From a virus, in the UHGV virus genome UHGV-2140017: DNA of 24,660 nt, one strand, 5' to 3'. The notes below the pieces were generated by a model. The model was not told the DNA's origin. It worked only from the letters and a program-made list of their open reading frames with translations, and did no database searches. The translations under genes and the position numbers were made by a program. Each line of letters starts with the position of its first letter. The first letter of the stretch is position 1. Below, piece after piece: positions 14,590 through 23,052 of this stretch.

Positions 14590-15060
14590 TCAGTAACTGG
14601 CTGGAGGTGCAGAGTCTGTATCAAACACATTCTGACAGGAGGGACATCTGCTTTGATTGAAACTCGCATACATACTCACCTGTTGAGGTTGCAGTATGGA
14701 TACTTTATTTGCAGCAAAACAATGTGGACAAAGATGCACGGTTATTTCCGTATCACCCACAATCTGCTTCTTGGAATACACCAGAGAACCAGAATCAAAC
14801 TTATTCAGAACATAGCCTTCGGTTTGGCTTTTGAAGTCTTCAAACTCTGCAATTTTTGCTTTGAGAAGCATTACCTTCTCGTCACGAGAACGGATGGCAT
14901 CACCAAGAGAGAAACATTCAGCTTGGAGGGTGATTAGTTTGTTCTGAAGCTCAATAGTTGCAGCTTTAACTTCAGCATCAGTTTTCGCGTCATTAATGAC
15001 TTTTGCAAGACCCGCAGTCTCCTTTATCGCGGTCATAGCCGCGGATAGTTCAGCTATCAC
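14590..15060 (-). CDS. Hypothetical coiled-coil protein with C-terminal zinc-ribbon, convergent with the PL transcript
   Basis: N-terminal ~90 aa amphipathic coiled coil (KLITLQAECFSLGDAIRSRDEKVMLLKAKIAEFEDFK); C-terminal CPHC-x28-CPSC pairs. Own terminator. Start ambiguous (GTG at 15060 or ATG at 15036). Confidence 0.55.
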   Translation of the reverse strand: MIAELSAAMTAIKETAGLAKVINDAKTDAEVKAATIELQNKLITLQAECFSLGDAIRSRDEKVMLLKAKIAEFEDFKSQTEGYVLNKFDSGSLVYSKKQIVGDTEITVHLCPHCFAANKVSILQPQQVSMYASFNQSRCPSCQNVFDTDSAPPASY

Positions 15061-15893
15061 TATGAATACTCATCATGTTGTTGGGGATATCCAGATTAAC
15101 CGAATCCTTGTTGTTGGGGAATAACCAGGATCCACCTCGCCTGATGTGGGTAAAAGCAGGCACACAACATGAAAGCGCATTCCATCTTCCATCGGTCGTG
15201 GGGACTGGTTTGTAACTGAAGGAGTGCGCTTCCAGTTGTGAACGGCAATATTCGCAACCGTTGTATGGCACATGCAGCGTTAGCGGCCTGAGAGTTCCCT
15301 TGATCCATGCGCTCTCAGAACAACCGGAAATGTGCAAGCTAAGTGTTTCAGGCACGACGTGCGCCCCACCAGCGCGGCGAAAAGGTGTGACGCCCGGGAA
15401 GAGTCCGGGACACAACGATGAGGGCATTGACGAGCAAGGCACAGAGTCTGGTTCGATTCCAGACGCCAGGATAGTTCTATATCTGGTGATGGGCAGGGAA
15501 AAGGTCCGTTCGATTCGGGCACCGGCAGTGCTCTCTTCGTTGTGGTAATTGCGGCTATGCGCACGTGGCGAGCCAACCCGTTCATGGAATGCGTTTCCGG
15601 GCAGTGTACGTCGCCGGTTATGGCTTAACCCGGCAGGTGGAGGCACCACCGCCACAACCTAGTTAACTGTGCTGTGTGTAGTCTTGGCGGTTATCCGTTT
15701 TCCACTATCCAAAGGAGGAAGAGGATAACGTTCTGATGGATAACCGCCCTTTTTACACAATACACAAGAGCATCACCGGGCGACGGGCTCATTACCCAAT
15801 CCACCCGGGCGGCGTCCTAACCGCAGGTGCTCTTCTGTGTTGTGTACGGAGAAATTCCCGGCGGTGGCAGCCGCCTTTCGAGAGGGTAAAACC
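15061..15893. other. ORF-poor, GC-rich, hairpin- and repeat-dense segment (candidate structured ncRNA or long regulatory leader)
   Basis: Only overlapping R/P/S-rich ORFs in all six frames. Contains a tRNA T-arm-like element with a GGTTCGATTCC loop (~15447-15463), an 11-bp perfect inverted repeat followed by T5, several GC hairpins and imperfect direct repeats. Coordinates +/-2 nt. Confidence 0.3.
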
Positions 15894-16265
15894 ATGAGTA
15901 ATGATCGCATGACAGTCGTGCCTGATTTCCTGGGCGAACTGGACGCCGGCGTATTCATGAACAAGATTGCGGCGGCTCTTAATACCACCGCACTCGGCGT
16001 TCTGAATAACGGCAACAAAGGCAAGGTAGTCCTCACCTTTGATTTTGAGCGTATGGGCAACTCTGTTGAAGAGAAGCGCGTCAAGATTAAGCACAAGCTG
16101 AACTACAGCACCCCTACTCCCCGCGGCAAAGCGTCGGAAGAGGACACCACCGAAACACCAATGTGGGTTAACAAAGGCGGCAAGCTCACTATCCTGCAGG
16201 AGGATCAGGGGCAACTCTTCGGTATCACCGGCACGGTGGACGGAAAGCTTAAAGCGGCTCAGTGA
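15894..16265 (+). CDS. Hypothetical protein (123 aa), first gene of the plus-strand operon
   Basis: ATG (MSNDRMTVVPD...) with GAGAGGG RBS; the ORF-track start at 15837 is GTG. Sits immediately upstream of YfdQ/YfdR-like genes. Confidence 0.55.
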   Translation: MSNDRMTVVPDFLGELDAGVFMNKIAAALNTTALGVLNNGNKGKVVLTFDFERMGNSVEEKRVKIKHKLNYSTPTPRGKASEEDTTETPMWVNKGGKLTILQEDQGQLFGITGTVDGKLKAAQ

Positions 16266-16321
16266 TCCGCCCGCACAAATTCACTGATACCACTTCGCTA
16301 ATCAGTTAATAAGGAATTTTT

Positions 16322-17149
16322 ATGTCTCAGTTAGACAGCGGTACTTTTCAGCAAGTCAAAGACCTGGTGCTTTCCGGTTATCACCTGAACGATATCCCCG
16401 GCCTGGCCTGCCCAACCGCCCTGTTACCTCAAAATACAAGCGTTGAAAGCCTGGAGCGTTTTGCTTTTGAGCGCTTTCGTTTCCGTGGCGCCATGGACAC
16501 AACCAGCATTGATGATTTCGTTCGCTATTCTGTCGCCTATGCCCAGGAAGAAGAAAAAGCACGTTGCTTTATTGATGCCGATAACATGCTGGCTCGTTCT
16601 ATCTTCAATATCGGCACGTTGGACAACCCAGGCCACGCTGATAACGTCGCCTCGATCAAGCTTAAGAAGACAGCGCCCTTCCGCGCGTTACTGTCGATCA
16701 ACGGCGATCACCTTAATCAGAAGAAAATCGCCGAATGGCTCGAAGACTGGAGCGACTATCTCACTGCGTTCGATGCTGACGGACAGACAATGAAAATTGC
16801 ACAGGCAGCGCAGGCGGTTCGCCGTGTCACTATCCAGCAAACTAATGCCGCCGATCATGAAGACGGTGATTTCAGCGGCAAAAAATCGCTGATGCAAAGT
16901 ATCGAAGCCAGCAGTAAAGATGTTATGCCGGTCGCGTTTGAGTTTAAGTGTGTACCCTATGAAGGCCTGGGCGAACGTCGTTTCAGTCTGCGCAACAGTC
17001 TGCTGAAAAGTAGCGACCCGGTTTTCGTTCTGCGTATTGTCCAACTGGAGGCCCAGGAAGAAGCGATCGCCAATGAGTTCCGTGATCTGCTGGTTGGCAA
17101 GTTCGACGGCAAGCCGGTAGAAACCTTTATCGGCAACTTCAAAGCCTGA
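16322..17149 (+). CDS. YfdQ-like prophage protein (DUF2303 family, tentative)
   Basis: 275-aa ORF directly upstream of a YfdR-like HD-domain gene, matching the CPS-53 yfdQ-yfdR order and size as I recall them. Call is by synteny and length only. Confidence 0.45.
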   Translation: MSQLDSGTFQQVKDLVLSGYHLNDIPGLACPTALLPQNTSVESLERFAFERFRFRGAMDTTSIDDFVRYSVAYAQEEEKARCFIDADNMLARSIFNIGTLDNPGHADNVASIKLKKTAPFRALLSINGDHLNQKKIAEWLEDWSDYLTAFDADGQTMKIAQAAQAVRRVTIQQTNAADHEDGDFSGKKSLMQSIEASSKDVMPVAFEFKCVPYEGLGERRFSLRNSLLKSSDPVFVLRIVQLEAQEEAIANEFRDLLVGKFDGKPVETFIGNFKA

Positions 17150-17281
17150 TTGCTCTCCATTAAATCCCCGTCGTTGCGGGGATTTATTAAAGCGTAATCC
17201 TGCAATTAATCGCCACCTGGCGAGGGATTCCTACACCCAAAAATCAGCGCTGTGCAGAGCGCAATTAAATGGAGAAATACG

Positions 17282-17809
17282 ATGAGCTTTATACAAACGT
17301 TCACAGGCAAGCACTTTAACTATCTCGCTATCCAGCTGGATGCCATTGAGATCGAAGATATCGCTAACGCGCTCTCGAATATTTGCCGCTTTGCTGGCCA
17401 TCTTCCGGAGTTCTACAGCGTCGGTCAGCACAGCGTGTTAACCAGCCACCTGGTACCACAGGAGTTTGCACTTCAAGCACTGCTGCACGATGCCGCAGAG
17501 GCTTATTTGCAGGATATTCCAGCACCGCTTAAACGCCTGCTCCCGGACTACCGCGCCATTGAGGATCGGGTTGATGCTGCTATCCGTCAAAAATTTGGCC
17601 TTCCATCTGAGCAGCACCCGACCGTGAAGTATGCCGACCTTGTGATGCTGGCCAGCGAACGTCGCGACTTTGAAATCGACGACGGCACCCACTGGCCGAT
17701 GCTCGAAGGCATTATTCCCACCGACCAATTTGTGATTAATCCCGTCCGCCCTGGTCAATCTTACGGCATGTTCATGAACCGCTTTAACCAACTGATGGAG
17801 CGGCGCTAA
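17282..17809 (+). CDS. HD-domain phosphohydrolase, YfdR-like (putative 5'-deoxynucleotidase)
   Basis: HD-domain residues in SNICRFAGH and ALLHDAAEAY; overall colinear with E. coli YfdR from memory. ATG 17282 (MSFIQTF) preceded by GGAG. Confidence 0.7.
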   Translation: MSFIQTFTGKHFNYLAIQLDAIEIEDIANALSNICRFAGHLPEFYSVGQHSVLTSHLVPQEFALQALLHDAAEAYLQDIPAPLKRLLPDYRAIEDRVDAAIRQKFGLPSEQHPTVKYADLVMLASERRDFEIDDGTHWPMLEGIIPTDQFVINPVRPGQSYGMFMNRFNQLMERR

Positions 17810-18009
17810 TGCCACACGTGAAAGTGAAAGAATTGGTTGCTGCAGCGTACGCTACGGCACCTGACCTACCACCAGCAGCAGCCCAATTAATGCAAGACAT
17901 AGCGTCAAGGCTGGATGTGACCTTTGTCGCCCTTACAGAGGCAATGGACCAGAACACCGCTATGGCCGCGATGATAGCGAACCTGAGCGAGGAAAACAGA
18001 AATGGCTAA
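17809..18009 (+). CDS. Hypothetical small protein (66 aa)
   Basis: ATG overlaps the upstream stop (TAATG); its stop overlaps the ParB-like start. No family recognised. Confidence 0.4.
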   Translation: MPHVKVKELVAAAYATAPDLPPAAAQLMQDIASRLDVTFVALTEAMDQNTAMAAMIANLSEENRNG

Positions 18010-18787
18010 AAACTCGATCGATGCTTATGGCGCCAGCGGCAAGACAAACGTTCTGATGTTCGAGCCGGAAAATCTGCATATTGTCACTGACAGGGCTCAC
18101 CCGCTTTACGATGAACGTATTCACTTACCTCTCAGTGAAGCCATGGTGCTGAACATCATAGACCAGGGTGTTCCGGAGCCGATTATTGTCTGGAAAGACC
18201 CGGAAACTGGATACTCCTGCGTGGTTGATGGCCGTCAGCGTGTCCGTCATACCCTGGAGGCTAACAGACGCCTGGCCAAAGAGGGTAAAACTCCGCTGCT
18301 GGTTCCGGCTGTCACTAAACGCGGTTCTGCTGTTCGCATGGCACAGGCAATGGTCAGCGCAAACGAAATCCGCCAGGCCGACACACCGCTGGGCAGGGCC
18401 AAAAAGATGGCTGATGCGCTGGAGCGCGGGCATGACGAGGAAGACCTCGCGCTGATGTTCGGCGTCAGTGTCCCCACTGTACGCGCTACGCTATCCCTTC
18501 TGGATGCCACTCAGGCAGTCAAAGACGCGGTAGAGTCCGGCGCAGTGACCGTTACCCAGGCACGGCAACTGGCATCACTGAAACCCGAAGAACAGCGGGA
18601 AAAGGTAGCCGAAGTCGAAGCGGCGACCGCTGGCACTACCGGTCATGAAAAAGCGCGTCGTCAGCGCCAGGTCCTCGGCGATAAGAAACCGCGCCTTAAA
18701 ACTCGCAAAGAAATCACAAAAGCCCTCGAAGCTGCCAACGGTGAATACGCTGATGCTCTGCGCTGGGTACTCGGGGAGGCTGTATGA
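18002..18787 (+). CDS. ParB-like N-terminal (ParB/Srx) domain protein with HTH
   Basis: PIIVWKDPETGYSCVVDGRQRVRHTLEA fits the ParB N-terminal motif; LALMFGVSVPTVRATLSLL looks like an HTH. GAGGAAAA RBS. Confidence 0.6.
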   Translation: MAKNSIDAYGASGKTNVLMFEPENLHIVTDRAHPLYDERIHLPLSEAMVLNIIDQGVPEPIIVWKDPETGYSCVVDGRQRVRHTLEANRRLAKEGKTPLLVPAVTKRGSAVRMAQAMVSANEIRQADTPLGRAKKMADALERGHDEEDLALMFGVSVPTVRATLSLLDATQAVKDAVESGAVTVTQARQLASLKPEEQREKVAEVEAATAGTTGHEKARRQRQVLGDKKPRLKTRKEITKALEAANGEYADALRWVLGEAV

Positions 18788-19191
18788 GCAACGACGGATT
18801 AACACTTAACCAACTGGCAGAGCGTAACGCAGTATTGGTCGCTGAGGTCGAGAAATTACGTGCTGAGCGTGATCAGCTGGCTGCGGAGAATGCGGGGCTG
18901 AAGCAGTTAATCGCCGAGAACTGGAATATGCGTGACCTGCTTCGTCAGTTAATGGCTGGACGCCCGGGCGGGGTATATTTCAACAAATGGGAGAAGCTAA
19001 TCATTGGGGTGCTGAACGAAACCCACGCAACCGATCGCATCGTAGCCGGGATTAAGGCTGATGGGGTGGAGGAGTTCGTATCCAACACCGTGCATAAGAT
19101 TTTTGATGAAAGCGAAGTAGTGTCAGCTTTGGCTTACCTTTCCCTGGCTAATTCACACGTGAAGCAGCTGCGCGAGGGGAACGACAAATGA
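18784..19191 (+). CDS. Hypothetical protein (135 aa) with N-terminal coiled coil
   Basis: ATGA overlap with the upstream stop; N-terminal LNQLAERNAVLVAEVEKLRAERDQLAAENAGLKQLIAE heptad pattern. Confidence 0.45.
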   Translation: MSNDGLTLNQLAERNAVLVAEVEKLRAERDQLAAENAGLKQLIAENWNMRDLLRQLMAGRPGGVYFNKWEKLIIGVLNETHATDRIVAGIKADGVEEFVSNTVHKIFDESEVVSALAYLSLANSHVKQLREGNDK

Positions 19192-19379
19192 GCAAACTAA
19201 ACACGAAGCAACTCGAGATTCTTTCAGTAATAGCTTCCGGTGAGCGTCCCTACGCAACCTGGCGGCAATCACTCAAAGCGCTACAGAGAAGGGGGCTGAT
19301 TACCCTCACTAGCTGCGGATACTCAATTACGACAGCAGGTTTGTCAGCGCTAAAGCAGGAGGTGCCGCATGACAACTGA
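19188..19379 (+). CDS. Hypothetical small protein (63 aa)
   Basis: ATGA overlap with the upstream stop; part of a translationally coupled chain. No family recognised. Confidence 0.4.
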   Translation: MSKLNTKQLEILSVIASGERPYATWRQSLKALQRRGLITLTSCGYSITTAGLSALKQEVPHDN

Positions 19380-19878
19380 TATCACCGAACTTGCGCAGCG
19401 CAACGAACTGCTGATTGCAAACGGGCAGCAGACAGCCGACCTGCTACGCCACCTGGCAGATAACGAAATTGATTCTGACTATTTTGCCGTTGTGTCGGAG
19501 TGCGAAAGCTACGGGAAAGAAACTGACGCTGAGTTATCGATCACGGAGTTTGCCCTCCGTGCCGCTGGCTATGTTGATGCGCTGGTAGAGGCACTGGAGA
19601 AGGCGCAGGCAGGCGAGAAGCAATGGCGCGAAGTTGTCGATGCGTTCTGCACTGATGACGCCGACTGGCACAATCTGACTAACTCAAACAATGAGCTGAT
19701 TGCTCTTTTGTCTCAGGCCTTGTGCAAGCAAGCAGACCGCATCGCCGAGCTGAAGTCCCGCACTGTGAAGTTGCCGCGCCCTGGGTTCATCACCATCTCA
19801 GGTGAGCGCATGGCCGTTTATTTGAAAGGTGATGTTGATGCAGCAATGTTGGCTGCAGGCATTGAGGAGGCTGAGTAG
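19369..19878 (+). CDS. Hypothetical protein (169 aa)
   Basis: ATG start overlapping the upstream gene by 11 nt; acidic, helical. No family recognised. Confidence 0.45.
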   Translation: MTTDITELAQRNELLIANGQQTADLLRHLADNEIDSDYFAVVSECESYGKETDAELSITEFALRAAGYVDALVEALEKAQAGEKQWREVVDAFCTDDADWHNLTNSNNELIALLSQALCKQADRIAELKSRTVKLPRPGFITISGERMAVYLKGDVDAAMLAAGIEEAE

Positions 19879-20211
19879 ATGGATAAGCCACTTAACAAGC
19901 GCGAACGCGAATATATCAAACCGGCTGTCATTTATGACTGGGAAATTCATCTTTGGCCAGGCCGCAAAGATGGTGTCTGGGATGGCGATAAGATACTGCC
20001 AGTAAAGGTTGGTGCTATGGCTGAATCACTGATTAAAAGGGGATATCTGGAGAGGCTTGGGAGTGTAATTCGTGCCACCGAAAAGACGAAGGCGCTGAAG
20101 TGCCGCGCAGGTAACTGTTTATATGGTCGCCTTTATGACGATAACGATGTTGATTCGGGGAAGTGCCCTGATTGCGATGGCGGCATGATGTTTGAAGGAG
20201 CCAACCAATGA
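19879..20211 (+). CDS. Hypothetical protein (110 aa) with C-terminal zinc-ribbon
   Basis: Starts right after the upstream stop; C-terminal CRAGNC-x16-CPDC cysteine pairs. Confidence 0.45.
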   Translation: MDKPLNKREREYIKPAVIYDWEIHLWPGRKDGVWDGDKILPVKVGAMAESLIKRGYLERLGSVIRATEKTKALKCRAGNCLYGRLYDDNDVDSGKCPDCDGGMMFEGANQ

Positions 20212-20777
20212 CAAATAATCAGTTAACCAGAGAACGGCTGGAAAAAATTAAATCATGGCGTGAAACCTACGGTGCTGGAAGCAACGTAATGCTGCCAGCG
20301 GAAGAGGCTGAGGAACTGGCCCGCATGGCGCCGGCCGCAATGGACAGCGAGCCAGTTGAGATGCCTCTCGACTACCTGCAGGGGCACAAAGACGGTCTGG
20401 AGTGGGCCGCCCAACTGGCAGAGTCCAATCACCCTCAGACCGGAGACTGGCTTTACGATGACCCTATCGAGCTGGCAAAAGCTATTCGCAAAGGTCCAGA
20501 TATGCCGCCAGCGCAGCCGGTAGCGGACAGCGAGCCGGTGGCGTGGCTTCTGTCAGGCGGTGGCGCTAAAAACGTGGTGTGCTTTGATAGTGGCAATGCA
20601 TATGCAGACCCATTGCGTGAGGTGACGCCGCTCTATCGCCACGCACAGCCAGCGCCGGTAGTGCCAGATGAAATAAAGCACCGCATCGGTGGATTGGATT
20701 GGGGATGGGAAGGCGAGTTTAATCGCGGCTGGAACGCCTGCCGCGCCGCCATGCTCAACGGAGGTAACGATGAGTAA
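20208..20777 (+). CDS. Hypothetical protein (189 aa), possibly Ead/Ea22-like
   Basis: ATGA overlap with the upstream stop. Repeated EPV-x-W segments recall Ea22-like early-region proteins; weak memory-based call. Confidence 0.35.
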   Translation: MTNNQLTRERLEKIKSWRETYGAGSNVMLPAEEAEELARMAPAAMDSEPVEMPLDYLQGHKDGLEWAAQLAESNHPQTGDWLYDDPIELAKAIRKGPDMPPAQPVADSEPVAWLLSGGGAKNVVCFDSGNAYADPLREVTPLYRHAQPAPVVPDEIKHRIGGLDWGWEGEFNRGWNACRAAMLNGGNDE

Positions 20778-21285
20778 TTTTAACGGATTTACTGGCAACA
20801 ATGACCCTGTTTACTACTCACGCAAAACCGAAAAAGCAGATGGTGCCCTCACTGGTGAGGATACCAAGCAGGCCGGCAACTCTCCGGTAATTCCAGAGGG
20901 TTACGTGATGGTGCCGAAGGAGCCCACAAAAGAGATGATTGATGCCGGGTGGCTGCACTTCATGGGCACCAAGAACCCTTCATCAAAAGTCACATACAAA
21001 GCCATGCTCGCAGCCGCCCCGCATGACACCCCCGCTCTCAACTCGCTACAGAGCGTCGATAGCGTTGCTGGTAAATGGATTCCGGTAAGCGAGCGGATGC
21101 CGGAGGATGAGCAGGAGGTGCTCACCATAAACAGAATGGGGCATTGCTTTGTATCATTCTTCGATAAGCACTCAGGGCTGTTTTTCGACAGGATTGATGC
21201 GCCAGCAGCATGCTGCATAGAGCACGTGCTGGTAACCCACTGGATGCCGCTGCCAGCCGCACCGCAGGAGGTGCAAGGTGATTAG
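20770..21285 (+). CDS. DUF551-domain phage protein
   Basis: C-terminal KWIPVSERMPEDEQEVLTI...VTHWMPLPAAP fits the DUF551 signature; N-terminal VMVPKEPTKEMIDAG is common in this class. ATG 20770 preceded by GGAGGT. Confidence 0.6.
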   Translation: MSNFNGFTGNNDPVYYSRKTEKADGALTGEDTKQAGNSPVIPEGYVMVPKEPTKEMIDAGWLHFMGTKNPSSKVTYKAMLAAAPHDTPALNSLQSVDSVAGKWIPVSERMPEDEQEVLTINRMGHCFVSFFDKHSGLFFDRIDAPAACCIEHVLVTHWMPLPAAPQEVQGD

Positions 21286-21420
21286 TATATTGTTCTTCCT
21301 TGATGACGAATTGTTTTACTGGATATTCATCAGTGGGGTGGGTTCATCTGGCTTATTCATCGGTGAGGTTGGCGATGCCTAAATCCCCCGCAGAACGTAA
21401 AGCCTCCAGTTGAAATCAAA

Positions 21421-21444
21421 CCCCTCTCCTGAGGGGTTTTCTCG
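21421..21444 (+). terminator. Intrinsic terminator upstream of ninB (tR2-like position)
   Basis: CCCCTC-TCCT-GAGGGG hairpin followed by TTTTCTCG; the reverse complement also ends in a T-rich tract, so possibly bidirectional. Confidence 0.55.
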
Positions 21445-21631
21445 TATATGCTCATTTTGCTTTTATCCCCGGGAAGGGCGATAATTACCTGGTCAGTCTG
21501 GGCAACTGACGACTTTACCCCGGCGCCAAGTGGGGACACATGGCGCACAAAACCTTAAAGCAATACCTGTCACCGATGGCGAAAGTCACCGGCGATTTTC
21601 TGCATTCTGCGGTTTCCGTTAAGGAGGCCGT

Positions 21632-22087
21632 ATGACTCTTCCAGTAGACGGCATCAAACTCCATCGCGGCAACTTCGCGGCCATCGGCCAGCAGATTCAA
21701 CCATTGCTGGATGCCGGGCAATGTTTCCGCTTGCAGATTAAGCCATGGCGCGAGAAGCGCAGCCTGTCGCAGAACGCCCTCAGCCACATGTGGTACACGG
21801 AAATCAGCGAATACCTGATTAACTCCGGGCGTACCGACGCAACCCCTGAGTGGGTTAAGCGCAACCTCAAAAAGACCTATCTCGGCTGCGAAGAGGTGAC
21901 CTACACCGACTTCATTACCGGTGAGAAGACCACCACCTGGGAGCCTCGCCACACTGCCGACCTTGATACCGGGGAAATGCACATTTTTCTGGTGAAGGTT
22001 GAAATGTGGTGCGCCCAGTTTGGCCTGGCCCTGACTATCCCAAGCGGTTGCGAGTACCAGCAACTGCGCGATAAGCAGGAGGCGTGA
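21632..22087 (+). CDS. ninB: NinB recombination protein (Orf family)
   Basis: KRSLSQNALSHMWYTEIS aligns with lambda NinB (NRSLDQNRKLWACLGDVS); AAGGAGG RBS; followed by ninE/ninG homologues. Confidence 0.8.
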   Translation: MTLPVDGIKLHRGNFAAIGQQIQPLLDAGQCFRLQIKPWREKRSLSQNALSHMWYTEISEYLINSGRTDATPEWVKRNLKKTYLGCEEVTYTDFITGEKTTTWEPRHTADLDTGEMHIFLVKVEMWCAQFGLALTIPSGCEYQQLRDKQEA

Positions 22088-22257
22088 TGAGCTGCCTTCT
22101 CGCAAAAGTCGTTGAGCGCGGCATCTTCCGCATTCCTGCTCGCCGCAAGCGCAAAGCCGAAGTTAAACCTTCCGACATCCCGACCCTGAAAGGCTATACG
22201 GCCCGTCTGGTCGACAAGAAGTGGCTTTGCCTGAGAGCAAGGAGGCAACATGCTTAA
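22087..22257 (+). CDS. ninE: NinE-like small protein (56 aa), absent from the ORF track
   Basis: MSCLLAKVVERGIFRIPARRKRKAEVKPSDIPTLKGYTARLVDKKWLCLRARRQHA; C-terminal half resembles lambda NinE (...[20 protein letters not shown]). TGATG overlap with ninB stop; 8-nt overlap with ninG. Confidence 0.5.
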   Translation: MSCLLAKVVERGIFRIPARRKRKAEVKPSDIPTLKGYTARLVDKKWLCLRARRQHA

Positions 22258-22831
22258 TCGTACTCAGCGCCGCTGCAAAATCTGTCGGGCGAAGTTTACC
22301 GCGACATTTGAGAATCAACGCTGGTGCTGCCCTGAGCATGGCGCTGAATTCGCCATGCAGGAACTGGAGAAGAAGCGCGAAAAGCAGGCCCAGGCAAAAG
22401 CGAAGAAAGAGCGCGCAACCTGGCGCAAGCGCAAAGCCGCGGTGAAACCTCTCAGGCACTGGGAAGATATGACCCAGCGTGTTGTTAACGACTATATCCG
22501 CGAACGAGACCATGATCTGCCGTGCATCAGCTGCGGCACGTTCGACACGGTTCAGTGGGAGGCCGGACACTACCGCTCCCGCGGGAAAGCATCTCACCTG
22601 CGCTACAACGAGGACAACATTCACAAGCAGTGCCATCACTGCAACGTGCAGATGTCAGGTAACCAGCAGCAGTACCGCATCGGCCTGGTAGAGAAAATCG
22701 GCGCTGAGCGCGTCGAGGTCCTCGAAAACAACAACACCCCTCACCGATACACCATCGAAGAACTGGAAGGCATCAGGCGCCATTACAGCGCGCTACGCCG
22801 TGCGCTCATAAAACAACGGGAGGCCGCATGA
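22250..22831 (+). CDS. ninG: NinG (Rap) recombination endonuclease
   Basis: RRCKICRAKFTATFENQRWCCPEHG and ERDHDLPCISCGT...QWEAGHYRSRG...LRYNEDNIHKQCHHCN are colinear with lambda NinG from memory. Confidence 0.85.
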   Translation: MLNRTQRRCKICRAKFTATFENQRWCCPEHGAEFAMQELEKKREKQAQAKAKKERATWRKRKAAVKPLRHWEDMTQRVVNDYIRERDHDLPCISCGTFDTVQWEAGHYRSRGKASHLRYNEDNIHKQCHHCNVQMSGNQQQYRIGLVEKIGAERVEVLENNNTPHRYTIEELEGIRRHYSALRRALIKQREAA

Positions 22832-23052
22832 GCAAAATCCAATACCCAATGTCCACTGCTGCTGTTTTTGATGACGTGGTCTATCCCATCCGCCTGAGCG
22901 GACAGCATCAGATAGAGAGCGAAGTTATGGGCGCGATCAGTTGGTTCTGCCGGTGGAACAATGAGGAAATAGCCGTCGTTAAGGCGCATGTGCTGTTTAG
23001 CTGCTGGGGTCTTTACCTGACGTATGACCAGCTTATGGCGGAGGCCGCATGA
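22828..23052 (+). CDS. Hypothetical nin-region protein (74 aa)
   Basis: ATGA overlap with ninG stop; coupled to downstream ORFs. No family recognised. Confidence 0.4.
   Translation: MSKIQYPMSTAAVFDDVVYPIRLSGQHQIESEVMGAISWFCRWNNEEIAVVKAHVLFSCWGLYLTYDQLMAEAA

Noticed and set aside
14653-14937. 94-aa plus-strand ORF
   Set aside because: Antisense to the 156-aa coiled-coil gene, which has far more protein-like composition and its own terminator.
15447-15471. Possible tRNA gene suggested by a TCTGG-TTCGATT-CCAGA T-arm-like element
   Set aside because: No complementary 5' acceptor strand, D-arm or anticodon arm within 70-90 nt upstream and no encoded CCA; at most a tRNA-like fragment or coincidental hairpin.
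15050-15655. 201-aa and nested 60-100-aa ORFs across the ORF-poor segment
   Set aside because: Low-complexity R/P/S/G-rich translations, mutually overlapping in several frames, no RBS; typical of GC-rich non-coding sequence.
15860-15871. ops-like element GGCGGTGGCAGC upstream of the first plus-strand gene
   Set aside because: Only about 9 of 12 positions match the GGCGGTAGCGTG consensus as I recall it, and it forms a simple hairpin; insufficient for an RfaH-type call.
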